Source: a virus. Taken from it: DNA of 63,560 nt. The stretch lies in the IMG/VR virus record IMGVR_UViG_3300027852_000005, positions 1-63,560 of that record; one strand, 5' to 3'. Below, piece by piece: positions 58,272 to 63,560 of this stretch. Below the pieces are notes generated by a model, which saw only the letters and a program-made list of their open reading frames with translations, made no database searches and was not told the DNA's origin. How positions within the stretch are numbered: position 1 is the first letter of the stretch; each line of letters opens with the position of its first letter. Made by a program: the position numbers and the translations under genes.

Positions 58272-58952
58272 TTAGGGCTCCACTACTACGTGAGCGGCCA
58301 TACCATAGACGCCCACTTTGCTTCCTGTTGGGTCCAACCTGCCGATGAGAACATGGGCAAGATGAGCATTTACAACGACTCCGGTATCTGAGCCGCCCAT
58401 CGGTATAAATGCTCTCAATTCATTAATCAGAACTACGTCCTGATCTCCGACTGCTGAACCAGTATAAGTTCTGACTTCCGCTGATGAGAAATCAGCTTCT
58501 CCGGTTACCGTGAATTCGTTTGTCCAACCAATTCCGTCGTCTGACCATTGCAGAGAGAAATCTTTAATTGTATAGTTCGCATCAGAGATACTAGCAGAGA
58601 TCATAATCTTACCGACTTTCACGGCATTACCTACTCCGGTGTCAATCTGAATATATTGTGAAGACTCGCTAATAGTACCGCGCCATGTTTCACCTAACCA
58701 CGGGATCATTGCGAAGTCTTTTTCATTATTTTGATTTTTATCTTCGTCACCGACATCAACTTGATCTACATTCGCTGTCTGGAAGAAATTAGCTGTGCCA
58801 TCATCGTATTCAAAGAAGCCGATCTGACCTGCACCAGTATATGATGGGTTGCCGGAATTCTGGATACTTTGTATTCTCCAAAATCGGTGTGCTTCTCCGC
58901 CTACCGCAGTCGCCGTTGCGCCAGAAGCTGATATGATGCCAAAGAGGATCAT
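58272..58952 (-). CDS. Discoidin-like carbohydrate-binding fibre protein (226 aa)
   Basis: EAHRFWRIQSIQNSG and DFSLQWSDDGIGWTNEF parallel the motifs in 2090..3577. Confidence 0.55.
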   Translation of the reverse strand: MILFGIISASGATATAVGGEAHRFWRIQSIQNSGNPSYTGAGQIGFFEYDDGTANFFQTANVDQVDVGDEDKNQNNEKDFAMIPWLGETWRGTISESSQYIQIDTGVGNAVKVGKIMISASISDANYTIKDFSLQWSDDGIGWTNEFTVTGEADFSSAEVRTYTGSAVGDQDVVLINELRAFIPMGGSDTGVVVNAHLAHVLIGRLDPTGSKVGVYGMAAHVVVEP

Positions 58953-59368
58953 ACGAGATTACCAAACAGAGTTGCTGTTGTTGCAGAAAGGAATTTGAGA
59001 CCTTGAACAGATCGAGATCCGTTTGAGATAATCAGTGAACCTGCCGAGCCCAAGGTAAAACCACCGCCTGCTGTGAACGTGACTGCACCTGATCCGAACT
59101 GTTCGAAAGCAATCTCATCGCCAGCGACGAAGATACCAGTGTTGATCGTACAGATAATAGCTCCGCTGTTTGTGAATGAAATCCACTTGCCTACATCAGC
59201 AACTGTCAAGACACGTGCTGTCGTAGCATCAGTGACAATACTGGAGCCTATCTCTGTTATCTGTCGAGCCGTGAGACCACGAGAGTTTGCACCTTGTAGG
59301 GCGTGGAGGGTTTCTGTACCGTCTGGCTTTGTAGCAGCGGTTAGGTCTCCAATTGCTTTATCAGCCAT
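58949..59368 (-). CDS. Small tail fibre protein (139 aa)
   Basis: TAATG-coupled to the J-like gene. It is Gly/Ala/Thr-rich. Confidence 0.5.
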   Translation of the reverse strand: MADKAIGDLTAATKPDGTETLHALQGANSRGLTARQITEIGSSIVTDATTARVLTVADVGKWISFTNSGAIICTINTGIFVAGDEIAFEQFGSGAVTFTAGGGFTLGSAGSLIISNGSRSVQGLKFLSATTATLFGNLV

Positions 59369-61926
59369 TACGCTTCATCTCCTGAGAATTCAATTACATC
59401 AGTTCCACTCTGGGCGTCACCTGATAGAAGTAGTTTGTCTGTTCCACTTTGCTCGTCACCTGAGAGCAGTAATTTGTCAGCGGCGATTGTGAACGCAAGC
59501 ATAGCGTAACCAGAGGAAACACGCAAGTCACCAACGGTACGACGTGCAAACACTCTGATTTCACCATCAACAGTCGGTCCTGGATAATTCGCTGCAAGAG
59601 GCAACGTGTGAGGTGAAGTCACGCCGAGGGCAGTCAGTCCTGGAATAGCAACTCCACTTTGGGTAACATAGACATCATAGGTTTCTGCTTGGTCTGGTGT
59701 CTGAGTTGCATCAGTTTCGATAGCTACGTCATTCTCGTCACGATTACTGGAAACCCAAGTGAGGGAGACATCATCGGCTGTAACGACTGGTGTTCGTGAT
59801 CCACCGAAGGACAGGTTCCTTGGACGTAGAGGACGATTGGCGATGTTGTTGTTAAGAATAGCATTCTGCTCAATGATATCATCAATGCCTTGAACCACTG
59901 CCCCAACTCTATCCAGAGGCGTAAAGTAGACAGTGCCTCCTTCAAGAATTGACAAGTCTCCATTAGACATATGATCGAAGTTGAACTCCCAGACCTTAGT
60001 GCCGATAGGGTGTGTCCGAGGCGTGGTGCCAAACAATCCACGATAGACATTCTCAATAGTCCACTGATTACCACCATCATCAGTCGCTGATGTATAGCCC
60101 ATCCACTCACCGTCAACATAGAGCAGACCGAACTCAGCCGCCCTGATCTCTGCAAGGCTTGGTGATACAGTGAAGCCTTTCCAGTTCACACTGTCCACTG
60201 ACATTCCGACAGTTGTGTCTTGACCAGTTTCTTGACCTTCTATCTTGTTATACTCTACGTCCAGTTGTCCCGCTCCAAGGTAAGGACCATACTCTGGTTC
60301 ATACACTTGGCTTGGATCAGCGGCTGAGTCAGAGCCTGCAATCATGAAAGCATCAGACACAGACGAAGGTTGCTTCGCTATGATGATAGGTGTCACTTCA
60401 CCATCTGGCAGTGGGAACTCAATTGCCCGAGCCATAACGTATGGAGCCTCCACTTGCTCTGTGAGAACGATGTTCGAAGGTGTGGTGACAGGTGCAACCC
60501 AACCGGAACCAGTTGGAGCAGCGAAGACAGTTGAGCTCAAAGCAAAGCTATCTTGCAGACACTTAACTACGATGCGACCATCCAGTAATTCACCGAGATC
60601 AAACTCTTGGACACGTAGAACAAGGTTCGTGAAGCCATACTCAGGCCAGTCCATCCTGAACACTGATCCAGGACGGAGAACAGAAGCGTTGCGGTTCATC
60701 TCGAGTGTGATACGGAACAGTGGGATAGACATCTGCGCTCGCTCACGAGAAGCGATGTCATTAGCCAAGTCAGGATTATAGACGAATGGCATGGACAAAG
60801 TGGTTGAACGGAGACGTCCAATCGTGGCGACAGTCGCCAAGTCTTGTGATATAGCAACCGCATTGCTTTCCTTGTCGCGTTGCGGGAAGCTGATCTTAAC
60901 TTGGGCCATTACCTCATCCCAACCGGAACGAGCAAACTCTTTCACTTTAACAATGTCATTAGCATCGTAGAGTGGAGTAGCGTCTACATCATAGTCATCA
61001 CGGATCAGAATGAATCTGATCTTACCAGTGGCAGGATCTTGATAAGCTACACCATCCACTTGACGGAGGATCTCAGTAATCAGACCTTTGCCGTTTGTCT
61101 CTGCAGTGACCAACACAGAACAACCATTTCCTTCAGTGTATAGAGTTTCACCGAACTCTTGAAGTGCAGGAATATCGATCTCTGAAGTGCTAATACCCAT
61201 GCCGCGCCATGTGTTTGTCATGATCTGGAAGATTGCCTCCGCTGGGTTCATGTCTTCGCCGACCTTACCTGCGCCAGTCAGACCAAGACCATTGGTGTAA
61301 CTTTCCAGAACGAAGGCCATCTTGCGAAGCTGTGCGCTTTCACCAAGCCAGAGATCTCCATATAGGTGAGCAGTGCCCAAGTAAGCAGGAACATTACCAA
61401 CTCCGACGTGTATCTCAAGATCCGTGTTCACAGGTTGCTGAGCGATGTCCAGTGATCCAGGATAGTAAACACCACTGATACTGAAACCACCACCTGACTT
61501 ATAGCCTCCGAAGAAAGAACTATCACTGGCAGATACAGCAGTCACAGAGGTAGAGTTTGTTGTACCAGTCCAGAACTCTTTGTCGTCAACATAGATAGCT
61601 GTCATCACCGTTTCTGGACCCATTGCTAGGGCGAGATCTATTGACAAATAATAATTGTGACCAACGACGATAGTTTTCTTTTTTAAGGGACTGACCCTGA
61701 CACGCTCAGTGATAGCAACTGATCTGAAATTTCCCCACCAAGTTGTGTTCGGTGCTTTCATTCGGACCTTACCGAGGACCAGTGGGATAGGTGCGTCTTC
61801 TGTCGCCCTTGGGAACTGCTCAGGATTAAGTTCTCGAGGACGGGCATTCTCAATGTTTGGTGACGGAGCCAGTAGGGCTGTCAACACAAACGATACGACG
61901 AATAGGGCAAGAGTAAACCAAATCAT
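59368..61926 (-). CDS. Host-specificity / central tail fibre protein (gpJ / RcGTA g15-like, 852 aa)
   Basis: It follows the BR0599-like gene. It has an N-terminal hydrophobic segment, and the conserved start ...FPRATEDAPIPLVLGKVRM... is typical of Phage-tail_3-type proteins. The C-terminus carries tandem repeats. Confidence 0.65.
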   Translation of the reverse strand: MIWFTLALFVVSFVLTALLAPSPNIENARPRELNPEQFPRATEDAPIPLVLGKVRMKAPNTTWWGNFRSVAITERVRVSPLKKKTIVVGHNYYLSIDLALAMGPETVMTAIYVDDKEFWTGTTNSTSVTAVSASDSSFFGGYKSGGGFSISGVYYPGSLDIAQQPVNTDLEIHVGVGNVPAYLGTAHLYGDLWLGESAQLRKMAFVLESYTNGLGLTGAGKVGEDMNPAEAIFQIMTNTWRGMGISTSEIDIPALQEFGETLYTEGNGCSVLVTAETNGKGLITEILRQVDGVAYQDPATGKIRFILIRDDYDVDATPLYDANDIVKVKEFARSGWDEVMAQVKISFPQRDKESNAVAISQDLATVATIGRLRSTTLSMPFVYNPDLANDIASRERAQMSIPLFRITLEMNRNASVLRPGSVFRMDWPEYGFTNLVLRVQEFDLGELLDGRIVVKCLQDSFALSSTVFAAPTGSGWVAPVTTPSNIVLTEQVEAPYVMARAIEFPLPDGEVTPIIIAKQPSSVSDAFMIAGSDSAADPSQVYEPEYGPYLGAGQLDVEYNKIEGQETGQDTTVGMSVDSVNWKGFTVSPSLAEIRAAEFGLLYVDGEWMGYTSATDDGGNQWTIENVYRGLFGTTPRTHPIGTKVWEFNFDHMSNGDLSILEGGTVYFTPLDRVGAVVQGIDDIIEQNAILNNNIANRPLRPRNLSFGGSRTPVVTADDVSLTWVSSNRDENDVAIETDATQTPDQAETYDVYVTQSGVAIPGLTALGVTSPHTLPLAANYPGPTVDGEIRVFARRTVGDLRVSSGYAMLAFTIAADKLLLSGDEQSGTDKLLLSGDAQSGTDVIEFSGDEA
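59371..59479. repeat. About 2.7 tandem copies of a 39-bp unit at the 3' end of the J-like gene
   Basis: Units at 59402-59440 and 59441-59479, plus a degenerate copy at 59371-59401. They encode DKLLLSGDEQSGT / DKLLLSGDAQSGT / DVIEFSGDEA. Confidence 0.8.
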
Positions 61927-62732
61927 GTGATTGTGCTCGTGAATGGGTTACGGTCCGGAACCAGTGGAAATCCACCGAACCGAGCTCCGTTGTTAAATCT
62001 GTTGATGCAGTGTCCTTGTAGTGAGTGATCACAACCTTTCCGCAATGTGATTGCGTCTCCGTTGCTAAGATTGGAGAACGCATAACTAACTTGGACTGCT
62101 GTCCCTACATTACTGATGATCATTCTGGCTTCACCTCCAGGAGCAATTATGATGCCAGCGGCACCTTCGTTATCAAGCCAAGGGAGATCAGCTACATTTA
62201 GATTGAAACCACTGAAACTGTCTACTGTGGTGATATACTGAAACAGAGCAGGATCAGCACCGCATTGTGTGCTGTATAGGACATGATTACAGGGAGCCTG
62301 AAAACGAGGAGTCGGCGTGTTGCCTTCCAACACATGGCTGAACGTTGCAGGGACGCGCAACTTGGCAGTGCGGCCCGATACAGATACCCCTGTGACCCTG
62401 CCAGACCATAGCAGAACAGTATCGTCGAAGTCTTGCTGGTGTGCCCTGATCAGTTCCAAGGTGAGGTCAGGTGGTGCGCTTTCGTAAGCATATTCCTGAA
62501 CCAGAGGATGGTCAAATGGCAGTGTGATTTCGAGAGCGCGTTCACCGCCGTTCTCTTGGGTTCCTATATTCAATTTGTTCCGTGAGATTGGGGCCAGATC
62601 AAACAACTGTCCATTTGAAGTAACAGTCGTAGCGAAACTGGTTAGTCTGTACGTGTTGAAAGTCCCAGTGAACCGATAGAGTTCAACTGGCTTCGCTGTG
62701 TCTGCACCTGTCTCATAGTCGTTATATGCCAT
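61923..62732 (-). CDS. DUF2163 / BR0599-like distal tail (hub) protein, RcGTA g13-like (269 aa)
   Basis: ...KPVELYRFTG...TSNGQLFDLAPISR... plus a C-terminal Cys-rich CNHVLYSTQCGAD...CDHSLQGHCINRFNNGARFGGFP. Confidence 0.6.
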   Translation of the reverse strand: MAYNDYETGADTAKPVELYRFTGTFNTYRLTSFATTVTSNGQLFDLAPISRNKLNIGTQENGGERALEITLPFDHPLVQEYAYESAPPDLTLELIRAHQQDFDDTVLLWSGRVTGVSVSGRTAKLRVPATFSHVLEGNTPTPRFQAPCNHVLYSTQCGADPALFQYITTVDSFSGFNLNVADLPWLDNEGAAGIIIAPGGEARMIISNVGTAVQVSYAFSNLSNGDAITLRKGCDHSLQGHCINRFNNGARFGGFPLVPDRNPFTSTIT

Positions 62733-63560
62733 TTATTCATCCGTTGATTTGATACCAAAGCTGACCACACTATAGTTCGCAAAGTGCCGCCATGCAATAG
62801 TATCTGTGGCTCGACAACGCATCAGGAAAGAAATCTTGACTATTTGGTTTTCATATTCAGGACCAGAAGGTATCTCAGGGGTGAAGCCCAAGGTGGCAGT
62901 TCCATCCTCATTGATCGTGGCTGATGTTATTCTGTGCTGAGTTCTGAGACTGTCACCCTTCTTAGCTTCGCCGAACGTCAACTCAATATTGTCCCATGTC
63001 TTGTAGGAATTAAACTGATTTACGAATTCACCTTCCTCAATTATGAATTGGGAAGCACCGTCTGGAACAGTCTGTGTTCCTTCCAGAGTAAGATCTGGGA
63101 AGTAAGTCGATAGAAGGAACGTGCCATGAGCGCCGCGAACAGTGTCAAACAGAGAACGCCAGTAATCCATTTCATCAGGATCACTGATTCGCTGGATCAA
63201 GAAGGAGCGATTTCCTACCACTCTTGGGTGAAGATGACTGCTGTTCAGATCTCGTTGACCAGTGCTGTTGTCGATGAGTTCCCGTTCAAACTCGAAGCCC
63301 TCATTCGCACCAGCCAGAGGTCTCCGATTAAGAAGCGGTATATCACCGAGCATATCTATTGTGCGAGTTGCTCCCGGACGTAGCAGGGAGTCTTCTTGAA
63401 GGGACTTCGCCCTGATAGAAAGAACACCTGTGATAGTGTTCATCTGAATACCAGAGCCATCTAAGATAATACAAGTGGCAGTCGGCATGACAACCCAAGT
63501 GGGACCACCAATCTCTTCTCCTGATGCGGTATTGAGAATTGCTCCATCTGCTTCAATTGA
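62733..63560 (-). CDS. 3' part of the junction-spanning tail gene (see 1..1027). Bases 63434-63560 duplicate 1-127.
   Basis: ORF-track 62733..63488 begins at an internal Met only because the window ends. The frame remains open to 63560 and continues at base 128 of the left end. Confidence 0.75.
   Translation of the reverse strand, partial: SIEADGAILNTASGEEIGGPTWVVMPTATCIILDGSGIQMNTITGVLSIRAKSLQEDSLLRPGATRTIDMLGDIPLLNRRPLAGANEGFEFERELIDNSTGQRDLNSSHLHPRVVGNRSFLIQRISDPDEMDYWRSLFDTVRGAHGTFLLSTYFPDLTLEGTQTVPDGASQFIIEEGEFVNQFNSYKTWDNIELTFGEAKKGDSLRTQHRITSATINEDGTATLGFTPEIPSGPEYENQIVKISFLMRCRATDTIAWRHFANYSVVSFGIKSTDE
63434..63560. repeat. Right copy of the 127-bp terminal direct repeat
   Basis: Identical to 1-127. 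Confidence 0.95.

Overview
This is a self-overlapping contig: bases 1-127 are identical to 63434-63560, giving a unique length of 63,433 bp. It reads as a complete tailed dsDNA phage genome of siphovirus type, with a large tube protein, G/G-T chaperones carrying a canonical -1 slippery site, a 1050-aa tape measure and no sheath. There are about 100 tightly packed genes. All but three lie on the minus strand, and many are coupled by ATGA/TAATG overlaps. Following the minus strand from ~55.2 kb downward, the first block is replication and nucleotide metabolism: SNF2 helicase, SSB-like protein, RecD/Dda-like helicase, class II RNR, aGPT-Pplase-like protein, GT-B glycosyltransferase, ThyA-family enzyme, HD 5'-nucleotidase, DUF3310, family-A DNA polymerase, MazG, DnaQ-like exonuclease, dCMP deaminase, VRR-NUC, primase-helicase and ATP-dependent ligase. 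Next come ~45 small early-type ORFs (36-23 kb) and one convergent plus-strand gene (22.3-23.0 kb). After these come a terS-like gene, accessory insertions including a GC-rich divergent island (18.9-20.0 kb), terL, portal, scaffold, capsid, neck and tail. RcGTA-like distal-tail genes wrap the contig junction, followed by fibres and the lysis cassette (57.3-55.5 kb). I recognised no tRNA, CRISPR array, integrase or repressor. The most notable results are: (i) a candidate thymidine-replacement / DNA hypermodification-glycosylation operon lacking the expected kinase; (ii) 16 sigma70-like promoters sharing a dyad-symmetric 17-18 bp element over the -35 hexamer; (iii) dispersed G-rich (C-rich on mRNA) elements at gene 3' ends, some translated in frame; (iv) repeat units with TGTCGGCGA boxes around tandem paralogues next to terS. 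Functional names rest on motif recognition from memory, not on database searches.
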